NCBI GenBank assembly: GCA_044228585.1
Contig: JBGAUP010000001.1
Span: 5,855 to 69,854, forward strand
DNA length: 64,000 bases
Direction: 5' to 3'
DNA from: Runella sp.
Lineage (GTDB): Bacteria > Bacteroidota > Bacteroidia > Cytophagales > Spirosomataceae
In this document: piece after piece, positions 35,603-45,386 of the stretch
Layout of the letters: every line of letters begins with the position of its first letter
How positions within the stretch are numbered: position 1 is the stretch's first letter
Translations under genes and position numbers: made by a program
Notes under the pieces: generated by a model
Told to the model about the DNA's origin: nothing
What the model saw: only the letters and a program-made list of their open reading frames with translations
Databases searched by the model: none

Positions 35603-38600
35603 TCAACGCCCACAAATCTCCCGAAAATCACAGTATTGGCAAGCTGTAAGATGGTCGGTTTTACGGAAAGGTTCATCAGGATTAAGTAGGGTGTCAACAA
35701 TAAAACGTTGAAGGTATTTTTCGGAATTTACCACGTATGATTCGGCATCCGAGTTTTCGTCAAAACGCAGGGGATTGTTAACAAAACCTTTTTTGATGTT
35801 TCGTAAAGAATAAAAACCTGACGTTACTTCGTAGTTGTCTAAATGAAATTCTCGACCTCGCAGGCGGAGGCCACGTTCGCGTAGCATTTGTTTGTAAATT
35901 AAATACTGGTACAGCCACAACTGCCTGATTTTCTCATGGTTGGAGTTGTTTCCTGAAGTCATAATACCCTCCAACTTTTCGGGGGTTACTTTGGGGAGCT
36001 GTTCTATTTTTCCCGTTTTGTAGTCGGCTACGCGAATCGTATTGTCCAATAATTCTACACGATCAATTTTACCAGCTATTTTTACCATCAACACTTCATT
36101 CCCCAGTGGCACGGCTACGGTAGCCGTTAGTTTTTGCTCGGTAGCCAATACGACCAATCCATCGTTGCGCTTGTGTTGTTCTTGCAGAAAATCCACGACC
36201 GTTTGTTCCGCGACTTGGTACAACAAACGGTTGATGCCTGAATCGGCATCGTAACCTCTAAACATCTTTTCAAATTCTTCGCGGAGAATTACCTTCACTT
36301 GCTCATCGCTAATGGGTTTGTTTTCCATTAAATACTCAATATCAATGCGTTCGAGTACTTTGTGAATCCATGAGCCAAAATCAGCGGCTCCCATGCGCTC
36401 TTCTACTTCCTCGTCTTCGGCAACCCCTGCCACCCGACTAAAATAGTATTGAAGCGAGCATTTTAAATATTGGTTCAGGTGGGTAGCATACAAACCGTCT
36501 TTGGTTAATATTCCCCGCAAAAAATCTAAGATTTCGGGTGTTTTGGGTACTGTCCAATCGCTTATGGAGGCGTGTTTTTGGTTTAGAGTTTCGGGTTTGG
36601 CGTTTACTGTTTCGGGTTTACTATTTACAGTTTCGAGCTGACTGTTGACTGTTGACTGTTGACTGCTAACCGTGGACTGTGGACTGCCAACTGCCGACTG
36701 CTGACTCTCCTGAAACATGACTACGTGTTCCGTAAACTGGATATTTCCGTTTGATTTCGGGACAAGTTCGTGTTCTAATTGTAAAATAAAGCGACTTTTT
36801 TCTCCGCCGTTGTAAGTGTTTGGGTCGGTGACATAAACGAGGTGAACTTCGTGGGCGCGTTGGAGCAAGCGATAAAAATGGTACGACATCACCGCGTTTT
36901 GGTCACTATATACGGGCAAACCCGCTTCGCGGGCTATGTCCCACGGAATGAGCGAGTTTTGACGTTTGGTACTTGGAAAAACTCCTTCATTCATCGAAAG
37001 AATTATGACACGCTCGAAATCCAAAGCGCGGGTTTCGAGCATCCCGATGATTTGTAACGGGCTGACGGGTTCGCCACTAAAAGGAATGCGCGTTTGGCGG
37101 ATAAGCTCGTACAAAAACGCCTTGAAAGTGCGAAGATTGAGTTTTTCGATGTGTTCGTTGCTCAGGGTAGTTTCGAGTTGTTTGAGCAGGGTATAAAACA
37201 GATACAAATACTCGGTTTCAATGGCATTTTGGGTATCTTTATATACTTCTCGCAACAAGTCAATGAGTTGGTAAAGCACCTTGATAACCGAGTGTGGATG
37301 GTCGTCCCAACGGGTAAAAAGGGTTTTGAAAAGGGGGTGATTCTCGCCCCACTCAAACAGCTGTTTTGGATCAAGATAGACGAGATTGCGTTGCTGTATT
37401 TCTCGAATGGTAGTTTGAATAATACTGGACGCCGTGCTGTCGCGGTGTTGTAATTCCAAAAATTCATATCGTCGAATGAAGGGATGGTTCAACACTTTTT
37501 GAACCGTTCGGTGGTTGAACTTAGGAATTTTTAGGTTACGTCCGTCTTTGGCGCGAAACTCTGCCATCGTAAACTGGAGTTCAAATAAAGAGTCAACCAG
37601 CGTGAATAACAGTGAATTACGGAGGGTAAGCCCCATGGTTACGTTCAAATCCGTGATGGCTTCATCCAAGCCATTGAGCATGGGTACGAGCAAATTTTCG
37701 TCGGCCAGTACAATACCTACGGGGCGTTTTTCGGTACCGCCTTGCCCTTCATCGCACCATTGGCGATAAAGTTCACCCGCTACTTTGGCTTGCATAGAGG
37801 CATTAGGAACAGCATACACGTGAATATCTTTGGGGGTGTCCAGCAAATGATTTTCAGTCCATTTCCACTCGCCCGACCAAGCGGCATCGCGGTATTTGCG
37901 CAAGGATTTTCCGCCTTCGGCCAGCGGGTTTTCGCGCATGTAATAAAAATCACTATCCCATAGAATTTCGGCGCATTTGGCCTTGATAAGGGTTTTGATA
38001 ATGGTTTCTTCGGCCAATGTTAGCGCATTAAAACCAATGAAATAGTAGTGAGTAGTGAGGGGTGAGGAGTGGGGAGGTGTATCTTCTGCCGATTGCTGAT
38101 TGCCGATTGCCGATTGCTGATTGCCGATTGCCGACTGCCGACTGTCAACTGCCGACTGTGGACTGTTAAGCAAAAGCTCAAACGCATTTTCGGCCAAAGT
38201 CCGATAGGCCATACCACGATAGGCGCGGTGCCGAGATTGAAGGTCTTCCCTAAAAAGCCGATATACTTCTCGTAGATTGGCGAATAGTTCAAAATATCCT
38301 TTGAGGCGTTCGGAGTCGGTGGTCATTCGACTTTTGGGCCAGTCAATTTGCCAGCGTTCAATCGCTTTGGCTTCGGTGATATAGTTGAAAAGATAATCAG
38401 GGTCAATCAGGTACTGGTCAATTTGGTCAATATCACGCAACAGCATCGTTCCCCACTGCAAATAGCGGTCGAAAGTGATGTTTTTATCCACTTTTTTGAA
38501 GATGTCGTATAACTCAAATAGTAAACTAACATTATCCGAAATTTCCACTTGGCATCTTTGGGCTACAAAATCATCAATAGCCACTACTTCAGGCGCTAAA

Positions 38601-38752
38601 AAAGGGCGGTCAGCGCACTGCGCTAAGGCTCGCTTAAAGAAATAACCAGCGCGTCGAGTAGGGAGAACAATACATAGTTTGTCAAGTGATTGAAGGTCTG
38701 GATATTTATCAAAAATATACCGTGCCGATTTTTCTAAGAATGACTCAAGCAT
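35603..38752 (-). CDS. PD-(D/E)XK nuclease family protein, AddB/RecB-exonuclease-like, with two repeat-encoded inserts
   Basis: 1049 aa. The C-terminal nuclease core has RVADYKTGK and a Cys cluster (...TACQYCDFREICGR). Two low-complexity segments are encoded by heptamer arrays. Confidence 0.75.
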   Translation of the reverse strand: MLESFLEKSARYIFDKYPDLQSLDKLCIVLPTRRAGYFFKRALAQCADRPFLAPEVVAIDDFVAQRCQVEISDNVSLLFELYDIFKKVDKNITFDRYLQWGTMLLRDIDQIDQYLIDPDYLFNYITEAKAIERWQIDWPKSRMTTDSERLKGYFELFANLREVYRLFREDLQSRHRAYRGMAYRTLAENAFELLLNSPQSAVDSRQSAIGNQQSAIGNQQSAEDTPPHSSPLTTHYYFIGFNALTLAEETIIKTLIKAKCAEILWDSDFYYMRENPLAEGGKSLRKYRDAAWSGEWKWTENHLLDTPKDIHVYAVPNASMQAKVAGELYRQWCDEGQGGTEKRPVGIVLADENLLVPMLNGLDEAITDLNVTMGLTLRNSLLFTLVDSLFELQFTMAEFRAKDGRNLKIPKFNHRTVQKVLNHPFIRRYEFLELQHRDSTASSIIQTTIREIQQRNLVYLDPKQLFEWGENHPLFKTLFTRWDDHPHSVIKVLYQLIDLLREVYKDTQNAIETEYLYLFYTLLKQLETTLSNEHIEKLNLRTFKAFLYELIRQTRIPFSGEPVSPLQIIGMLETRALDFERVIILSMNEGVFPSTKRQNSLIPWDIAREAGLPVYSDQNAVMSYHFYRLLQRAHEVHLVYVTDPNTYNGGEKSRFILQLEHELVPKSNGNIQFTEHVVMFQESQQSAVGSPQSTVSSQQSTVNSQLETVNSKPETVNAKPETLNQKHASISDWTVPKTPEILDFLRGILTKDGLYATHLNQYLKCSLQYYFSRVAGVAEDEEVEERMGAADFGSWIHKVLERIDIEYLMENKPISDEQVKVILREEFEKMFRGYDADSGINRLLYQVAEQTVVDFLQEQHKRNDGLVVLATEQKLTATVAVPLGNEVLMVKIAGKIDRVELLDNTIRVADYKTGKIEQLPKVTPEKLEGIMTSGNNSNHEKIRQLWLYQYLIYKQMLRERGLRLRGREFHLDNYEVTSGFYSLRNIKKGFVNNPLRFDENSDAESYVVNSEKYLQRFIVDTLLNPDEPFRKTDHLTACQYCDFREICGR
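36581..36707. repeat. heptamer tandem array inside the CDS: GTTTNNN x8 then NNGACTG x10
   Basis: gtttaga gtttcgg gtttggc gtttact gtttcgg gtttact atttaca gtttcga (36581-36636). Then ctgactg ttgactg ttgactg ttgactg ctaaccg tggactg tggactg ccaactg ccgactg ctgactc (36638-36707). On the coding strand, 36641-36665 reads CAGT(CAACAGT)3. Confidence 0.85.
38042..38169. repeat. heptamer tandem arrays inside the CDS: GTGANNA x5 then NNGAYTG-family x12
   Basis: aatagta gtgagta gtgaggg gtgagga gtgggga (38042-38076). Then ctgccga ttgctga ttgccga ttgccga ttgctga ttgccga ttgccga ctgccga ctgtcaa ctgccga ctgtgga ctgttaa (38086-38169, 84 nt). This includes a perfect 21-nt duplication at 38093-38134. Confidence 0.85.
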
Positions 38753-38906
38753 ATAAAATCGCTTTTTTTTAATTCTTTTTGAGGTGGGGTTTATCTATAC
38801 TTTTTTTACTTTTCGTCGCTAAATTTCACAATTATAGCCATTATTCCTGCTTTTGTTCTTTTTTTTTGGTGCGAAACTTTAATCGTTTTTTAATTTCGCG
38901 GCAACA

Positions 38907-38933
38907 TTTAGTAAAAATTATTGTTTTACTAAA
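38907..38933. promoter_or_regulatory. perfect 10-bp inverted repeat TTTAGTAAAA-N7-TTTTACTAAA upstream of susC
   Basis: tttagtaaaa (38907-38916) and ttttactaaa (38924-38933) are exact reverse complements, 48 nt upstream of the SusC ATG. Same core as the motif repeated in 3146-3561. Confidence 0.4.
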
Positions 38934-38980
38934 AAAAGTAACAACACCATTTTGTTCAACTAAAAACCAAACTAAATCTC

Positions 38981-41900
38981 ATGCGTAAAATTTTACTGGC
39001 AAGCTTCGGCTTGTTGTTGACGCTTGTTGTCCAGCTTCGGGCACAAGAGCGAACCGTTACTGGTACGGTTACCAGTAGTGATGACGGGACTACCCTTCCA
39101 GGGGTAAGTGTGGTGGTCAAAGGCACAACCCGTGGTGCTAACACAGATGGACAAGGGAAATACAGTATTAGTGTACCTTCCAACGCCCAGTTGGTGTTTA
39201 GTTTTGTGGGTTTTGAGAAACAAGAAGTGGCGGTTGGGAATCGTTCAACGGTCAATGTCAGTCTAAAAGTAGATGCTACCGAACTTACTGAGGTAGTAGT
39301 TACGGGTTATGGTGGGGCTTTGAATAAGCGAGAAATCACGGGTGCTATCTCAAAAGTCAAAGGTTCGACGATTGAGAACATGCCAATTCAGAGTTTTGAC
39401 CGTGCTTTACAGGGACGTGCGGCAGGGGTACAAGTTTCGGCTGCCAATGGAGTACCAGGAGGCGCAGTGCAAGTTCGTATTCGTGGGGTAGGGTCTATCT
39501 CGGCAGGGAATGATCCCCTTTACATTGTAGATGGGGTACAGTTGAATAGTAACAACAACTCTTCATTTACAAGTTCTAATCCGCTCAACTTCCTCAATCC
39601 CAACGATATTGAGTCTATGGAGGTGTTGAAAGACGCTGCTGCAGCCTCTATTTATGGGTCTCAGGCTGCCAATGGTGTCATCATTATCACTACAAAAAAA
39701 GGAAAAGCAGGTAAGACTAAGTTTGATTTCGACTATTACAAAGGAGTCGTGGAGCCTATTCAATATCTGAACGTATTGAATAGCCAGCAGTGGATTCAGA
39801 TGCGAACCGAAGCTCTATTTAATCAAAACTCGGCTTCAAATTCAGCCTACACTGTTCAGCAAGCACGTACGGCGGCTTTGACGAGTATTAGATTAGCAGG
39901 GGATTTGAGTGAGTCTCAAATTGCAGCACTCCCTACCTACGATTGGCAAAGGGCGGCTTTCAAAACGGGTAGCATCAATAATTATGAGTTGAAAGCTAGC
40001 GGAGGTAACGATAAGACTACTTTTTACTGGTCGGGTTCATTGAATAATCAGGATGCCAACTTGATAAATGTAGATTTCCAACGTGCTACTACCAGTCTTA
40101 AGGTAGATCATAAAGTAAATGCTAAATTTTCATTTGCAGAATCACTGAATTTCAGTTCGACTAAGTCGTTAGGACAATTTGGTGGACCTACTGGAGGGTC
40201 GTTTTTAGGTCTTTCATCTTTTTCTTCCCCCCTGATGTTGCCAACAGTGCCTATTTATAAGGAAGATGGTAGCTATTTTGGTACACCTGCTGAAGGTGGT
40301 ACACCAGGTATTTTGAATCAAAACATCATCATGGTGAGTGAATTGAACAAAATTCAGGCTGTAGTAAACCAAGTAGTTGGAAATTTGACCGCCAATTATA
40401 AATTTACAGACAACCTTACTTTGCGGGCTTTGGCAGGTTTGGATTATCGTACAATCAAAGGAGATAATTTTACCGATCCACGTACACCAGATGCTTTCAA
40501 CGTAAATGGTCGTGCTTCATTTCAATACAACCAAAATATCAACTTCCTCACCAATGCAACCTTAAACTATAACAGAACTTTTGCGGACAAGCATGGAATA
40601 GGAGCGTTGGTTGGAGCTGAGTACCGAAGCGATGTAAACGAAGGATATAGTGGTACGGGCGAAGGATTCCCAACCCCAGATTTTATTTATTTGAGTTCTT
40701 CAACTAACTACACTGCTTTGGGTGGTTTTTGGACTGGGTTTCGTAAGAATGCTGTTTTTGGCCAATTAAAATATGACTTTGCCAACAAATATTACTTCAG
40801 TGCCATTGGTCGTTACGATGGTTCGTCGCGTTTTGGTAAAAATAATCGTTTTGGTTTCTTCCCATCGGTTTCTGCTGGTTGGTTGTTGTCAGAAGAGTCT
40901 TTCTTGAAAAACAGTAAGGTAATCAATCAGTTGAAAGTACGTGCCAGCTACGGTTCTACGGGTAACGACCAAATCGGTAACTTCCCTTCTCTTGGAACGT
41001 ACGTAGGAGGAGCTAACTATAACGCAGTCAGAGGTATTGCCGTAACTACCTTAGCTAATGCCGACTTACGCTGGGAACGTAACGTAGAGTTTGCGGCTGG
41101 TCTTGATTACAGTATTTTAAACAACCGTGTCTATGGACAAATTGATTATTTTGATCGTACCAGCAAAGATTTATTGTTGGCGCAGCAAGTACCGACAACC
41201 AGCGGTTTTAGCGCCATTACTTCTAACGTTGGAGAAGTGAAAAATAAAGGTTGGGAGTTTGAAATCAATACGGTAAACGTAAAAACACCTAAGTTTAAGT
41301 GGGAAACTAATTTCAATTTTACAATGATTGACAATTACGTTTCTAAACTTTATGATGGAATTAGACCACAGGCAAACAAAGATAGCTTGATTTTGATTAC
41401 TGCTGCTGCGTCGGGAGTAAACCGTACCTTTATCTTAGGAAAACCTGTATATGCAAACTATACAGTTGAGTATGCGGGGGTAAATCCTGCAACGGGTCGG
41501 GCGATGTTCTATGATGAAAACGGTAACATCGTCTATAACTTCCGTAATCCAGGTGACTTGAAATATTTTGGTTCAGAACTGTCGAAGTTTTACGGTGGGT
41601 TTACCAATACGTTGGCTTACGGAGGCCTTGAGTTGTCAGCGTTTTTCCAATATGATTTTGGACGTAAAGCCTTTAACAACCAAGGGTCATTCTTGAGCGA
41701 AAACGGAAACCGTAATTTTAACACTCTTACGAGTGTGTATGAGCGCCGTTGGCAAAAACCAGGAGATATTACTGATGTACCACGTCCTTACAATGGAGCT
41801 GCTGAGTTAAGAGGAGCAAGCTACATGTCGGGTACACGAACATTGGAGGATGCGTCTTATATCCGTTTGAAACAGGTGAATTTATCGTACAACATTCCTC

Positions 41901-42082
41901 AAAATCTTCTGCTTAAGACGAAGTTTTTGCGGACTGCACGGGTATATGCGCAAGCACTCAACTTGCTCACTTGGACTAAGTGGACTGGTTACGACCCTGA
42001 GTTTATCAATTTGGGAGCGGGAAATAACGGGGTTGTACCCCAGTCACGTAGCTACACATTCGGTGTATCTTTCGGTTTTTAA
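38981..42082 (+). CDS. susC: SusC/RagA family TonB-linked outer membrane protein
   Basis: Signal peptide, CarboxypepD_reg domain (VTGTVTSSDDGTTLPGVSVVVKGT), plug motifs (IESMEVLKDAAAASIYGSQAANGVIIITTKKG), and the C-terminal ...YTFGVSFGF. Confidence 0.9.
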   Translation: MRKILLASFGLLLTLVVQLRAQERTVTGTVTSSDDGTTLPGVSVVVKGTTRGANTDGQGKYSISVPSNAQLVFSFVGFEKQEVAVGNRSTVNVSLKVDATELTEVVVTGYGGALNKREITGAISKVKGSTIENMPIQSFDRALQGRAAGVQVSAANGVPGGAVQVRIRGVGSISAGNDPLYIVDGVQLNSNNNSSFTSSNPLNFLNPNDIESMEVLKDAAAASIYGSQAANGVIIITTKKGKAGKTKFDFDYYKGVVEPIQYLNVLNSQQWIQMRTEALFNQNSASNSAYTVQQARTAALTSIRLAGDLSESQIAALPTYDWQRAAFKTGSINNYELKASGGNDKTTFYWSGSLNNQDANLINVDFQRATTSLKVDHKVNAKFSFAESLNFSSTKSLGQFGGPTGGSFLGLSSFSSPLMLPTVPIYKEDGSYFGTPAEGGTPGILNQNIIMVSELNKIQAVVNQVVGNLTANYKFTDNLTLRALAGLDYRTIKGDNFTDPRTPDAFNVNGRASFQYNQNINFLTNATLNYNRTFADKHGIGALVGAEYRSDVNEGYSGTGEGFPTPDFIYLSSSTNYTALGGFWTGFRKNAVFGQLKYDFANKYYFSAIGRYDGSSRFGKNNRFGFFPSVSAGWLLSEESFLKNSKVINQLKVRASYGSTGNDQIGNFPSLGTYVGGANYNAVRGIAVTTLANADLRWERNVEFAAGLDYSILNNRVYGQIDYFDRTSKDLLLAQQVPTTSGFSAITSNVGEVKNKGWEFEINTVNVKTPKFKWETNFNFTMIDNYVSKLYDGIRPQANKDSLILITAAASGVNRTFILGKPVYANYTVEYAGVNPATGRAMFYDENGNIVYNFRNPGDLKYFGSELSKFYGGFTNTLAYGGLELSAFFQYDFGRKAFNNQGSFLSENGNRNFNTLTSVYERRWQKPGDITDVPRPYNGAAELRGASYMSGTRTLEDASYIRLKQVNLSYNIPQNLLLKTKFLRTARVYAQALNLLTWTKWTGYDPEFINLGAGNNGVVPQSRSYTFGVSFGF

Positions 42083-42123
42083 TGTTGATAACAAACTCGT
42101 TATTCATTTATCTTTTTTGTCAG

Positions 42124-43578
42124 ATGAAACTACATAATTCTTATATATTCAAAGTAACTCTTTTGAGTTCGATGTTCTTGGTAGCATCGTGCAGCGATAC
42201 GCTTGACGTAAAGCCTCGCTTGCAGATAGATTCTGCTACTGCGCTAACGAGCGAAACGGCAGTGAATGCTGCCGTAAACTCTGTGTATGACGCCTTACAG
42301 AGTACATTTCTTTATGGTCGCGATTTAATAGCTATTCCAGAGGCTCTCTCTGATAACGGACGAGCTACCAACAAATCGGGGCGTTTAGTACCTGAATGGC
42401 AAAACCAGCCAGGTTCACATTTAGCCAACTGGTCACAAGCATATTATGCTATTAATCAAGCTAACCTGATTTTGAAGGCATTGCCAACAGTAACTATGTC
42501 GCAGGCTAACAAAGATAATGTGGAAGGGCAATGCTTATTTCTGCGTGCGTTATTGTACTTTGATTTGATGCGAGCTTATGCCTATGTGCCCAAAGCTATT
42601 ATATCGCAACAAGACCGTGGTGGTGTACCTATCATTTTGGATGGTGTTTTAGATTTATCACAGGTAACTCGCCCTAACCGTCCAAGTGTTGATGATTGTT
42701 TTAAACAAATCAACACCGATCTCGCCAATGCAATCACTAAATTGGCTAACGTGGCCGTGTCTCGCGCTCCATTTTATGTGACTCGCGGTGCTGCTCAAGC
42801 ACTTGCTTCTCGCGTAGCTTTGTATGCGGGTGATTGGACAAATGCCAGCAAATTTGCTACCGATGCGCTTGCTTCTGGCGTAGGAAGATTCCAGACGACA
42901 GCAACGTATGTTTCTTCGTGGAGAACGGCGTCTAACCCAGAATCTATGTTTGAAATTAACTATCAAACTAACGAAAATATTGGTGTAAATACTTCACTTC
43001 AAACCACTTATACTACCTTAGTGCAAGTGGGTAATCGGACTCAAACGGGTGGGTTTGGTGATTTAGTGCCAACGGCAAGTTTGCTGGCAGATATGGAAGC
43101 TGAAAAAAATGCAGCAGGTCAAGTGCTGGATGTACGTCGTCAGCTTTACGAACTTGGAACCGCAGGGCGTGGTACGGCAGAGATTGAATGTACAAAGTTT
43201 TTAGGGAAGAATGGCCAAGTAAACTTGGATAATATTCCTGTTATTCGTATTTCAGAAATGTATTTAAATCGGGCTGAAGCTAATTTCAACTTACAAAATG
43301 AGACAGAGGCACTAAAAGACCTAAACGTAATTCGTACTCGGGCAGGCCTTCCAGAAGCCAAAGATTTAACAGGAACTGCGTTGCTGAATGAAATTTTGAA
43401 ACAACGTCGTATCGAATTGGCATTTGAAGGTTCTCGCTTTTTTGACCTAAAGCGTTTAGGACGTACGATTGTTAAAGCTCCTGCCAATCTCGACTTTACT
43501 GATTTCAAGGTCTTAGCAAGGATTCCTGTTTCCGAAATAGCCATAAATCCTAATCTGCGTCAAAACTTTGGTTATTAA
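42124..43578 (+). CDS. susD: RagB/SusD family nutrient-binding outer membrane lipoprotein
   Basis: ORF 42082..43578, with the likely ATG at 42124. Lipobox LVASCSD and TPR-like helical body (FLRALLYFDLMRAY, RISEMYLNRAEA, ILKQRRIELAFEGSRFFDLKR). Confidence 0.9.
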   Translation: MKLHNSYIFKVTLLSSMFLVASCSDTLDVKPRLQIDSATALTSETAVNAAVNSVYDALQSTFLYGRDLIAIPEALSDNGRATNKSGRLVPEWQNQPGSHLANWSQAYYAINQANLILKALPTVTMSQANKDNVEGQCLFLRALLYFDLMRAYAYVPKAIISQQDRGGVPIILDGVLDLSQVTRPNRPSVDDCFKQINTDLANAITKLANVAVSRAPFYVTRGAAQALASRVALYAGDWTNASKFATDALASGVGRFQTTATYVSSWRTASNPESMFEINYQTNENIGVNTSLQTTYTTLVQVGNRTQTGGFGDLVPTASLLADMEAEKNAAGQVLDVRRQLYELGTAGRGTAEIECTKFLGKNGQVNLDNIPVIRISEMYLNRAEANFNLQNETEALKDLNVIRTRAGLPEAKDLTGTALLNEILKQRRIELAFEGSRFFDLKRLGRTIVKAPANLDFTDFKVLARIPVSEIAINPNLRQNFGY

Positions 43579-43597
43579 CATTTAAGCAATCAAAATC

Positions 43598-44065
43598 ATG
43601 AAGAAAATACTTTCAACTATTGCCTTACTTAGTACCCTTTTTCTCACGGGTTGCTTTGAAGACATCAACCGGACTTACAACGGCCCTACGCTTGTCGAAT
43701 TTAATCAGGCAGTTATCACTGCTCCTGGCGTAGGAGTTACTTATCCACTCATTAGTGTTAATCGAGGCGTAGGAGTGCAAACCTCTCGTATTAATTTAGT
43801 GGGACCCCAACGTGCCAATGCAGAAACAATCAAGGTATCTATTGATCCTGCAACAACTGCTACCGAAGGGACGCATTTCAAACTCGTTAGCAATAATGTT
43901 ACTATTCCTGCTAATGAGAGTTTTGGTAATTGCCAAATTGATATTTTGGCGGCACCTGCACAAGCAGGAAAAACAGTGAATGTAGTGTTGGTATTGGAAG
44001 GAAATGGTACCGACATTAAACCAAACGAAAACTTTAAGAAGTTAGGTTTTACAATTAGGCTTTAA
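43598..44065 (+). CDS. small lipoprotein accompanying SusC/SusD (possibly DUF4843-like; family not confirmed)
   Basis: Lipobox LFLTGCFED. 155 aa, beta-rich. 20 nt after susD. Confidence 0.6.
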   Translation: MKKILSTIALLSTLFLTGCFEDINRTYNGPTLVEFNQAVITAPGVGVTYPLISVNRGVGVQTSRINLVGPQRANAETIKVSIDPATTATEGTHFKLVSNNVTIPANESFGNCQIDILAAPAQAGKTVNVVLVLEGNGTDIKPNENFKKLGFTIRL

Positions 44066-44083
44066 GTGGACATTCATTGCTCA

Positions 44084-44124
44084 AAACAAAAAAGCGATGC
44101 CTTCAAAGCGTCGCTTTTTTGTTT
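44084..44124. terminator. hairpin terminator after the Sus locus
   Basis: aaaaaagcga / tcgctttttt form a perfect 10-bp stem, extended by inner g-c pairs and outer aaac/gttt pairs. T-run on the 3-prime side. Confidence 0.75.
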
Positions 44125-44272
44125 CAGTTAGCCGACACAATACTCAAATTCGTCGTTAGTAAAATCAAATTTGCCCATTTTTTGTTAAATATGCCGTATA
44201 ATAAGAGAAGTTAAGAAGCTCGACTTTCGGCGGTAAGTTTCGATACGTACTCTTCAATACTATTTCACAATC

Positions 44273-45386
44273 ATGAATAAGTCTATAAAAACTATTTTAA
44301 CAGTCATTGTTATTTTATTGATTACGGGTTTGGCTTTTTATCCACGCTTGAAAGAATATATTGTTAAGAAAGAGGAAACAGGAGTAGCAAAAAATGCAGG
44401 TAAGGCAGGAGCAGGTGGTGCAGGAACACCGGGAGGTGGTGCAGCTCCGATTGAAATAATGGTAGTTACCAATCAACGTATGGAAGAAAAAATCCTCTCA
44501 ACAGGTACGATTATTGCCAATGAAGAGGTAGAAATACGCAGCGAAATAGCAGGACGGGTAACTTCTATTAATTTCAAAGAGGGGGATTATGTCAAAAAAG
44601 GAACAGTTTTGATTCGGATCAACGACGCTGATTTACAGGCTCAACTCCAAAAGCTAAAATACCAGAAAAAATTGGCCGAAGTAAACGAAGAGCGCCAAAA
44701 ACGCCTCCTCGAAAAAGAAGCCATTAGTCAGCGTGACTATGACATCAGTTTGACCAACTTGAACAGTATCAACGCCGACATTGAAAACCTCCAAGCCCAA
44801 ATCGCTAAGACAGTCATCAAAGCACCGTTTGACGGGTCAGTGGGCTTTGCGCTACATCAGCGAAGGGAGTTATACCAACAATGCCACGCGGATTGCTACT
44901 TTGACCAACGTGAACCCAGCCAAGATAGATTTTTCTGTACCTGCCAAATATGCCAACATCGTGCGGAAAGGAACCTCTATTACCTTCTCGACTGAAGGGG
45001 GGGACGAAAAATATTACGGTACAGTTTATGCCGTTGAGCCTAAAATTGACCCCAGTACGCGTACGCTTACACTCCGCGCAACAAGCCCGAACGGTAGTCG
45101 TAAACTCGTGCCAGGGTCGTTTGCACGGGTAGAGATTATACTGAGTGCCAAGGCCAATGCGATTGTAGTACCTACGGAGGCGGTGATTCCTAATTTACGC
45201 GGACACAGTGTGTTTGTGGTGCGTAACAACAAAGCCGAGTCTGTTTTGGTTGAAATTGGTACACGCAACGACAAAACAATCGAGATTATCAAAGGGTTAA
45301 GCGTAGGCGACACGCTCATTACGTCAGGAATATTACAAGTAAAACCTGGCGGAGAGGTAGATATTAAGGCTGCTGGTGGCCAGTAG
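44273..45386 (+). CDS. efflux RND periplasmic adaptor (MFP), interrupted by an apparent +1-nt frameshift at 44846-44848
   Basis: ORFs 44273-44995 and 44781-45386. Removing one T from the TTT at 44846-44848 joins ...IKAPFDGSVG to LRYISEGSYTNNATRIATL.... The product has a lipoyl/beta-barrel adaptor architecture. Confidence 0.8.

Noticed and set aside
38086-38169. Regular short repeats that could at first glance suggest a CRISPR array (also 36581-36707).
   Set aside because: The unit is 7 nt with no spacers. The arrays are contiguous tandem repeats inside an ORF, and no cas genes or leader are present.
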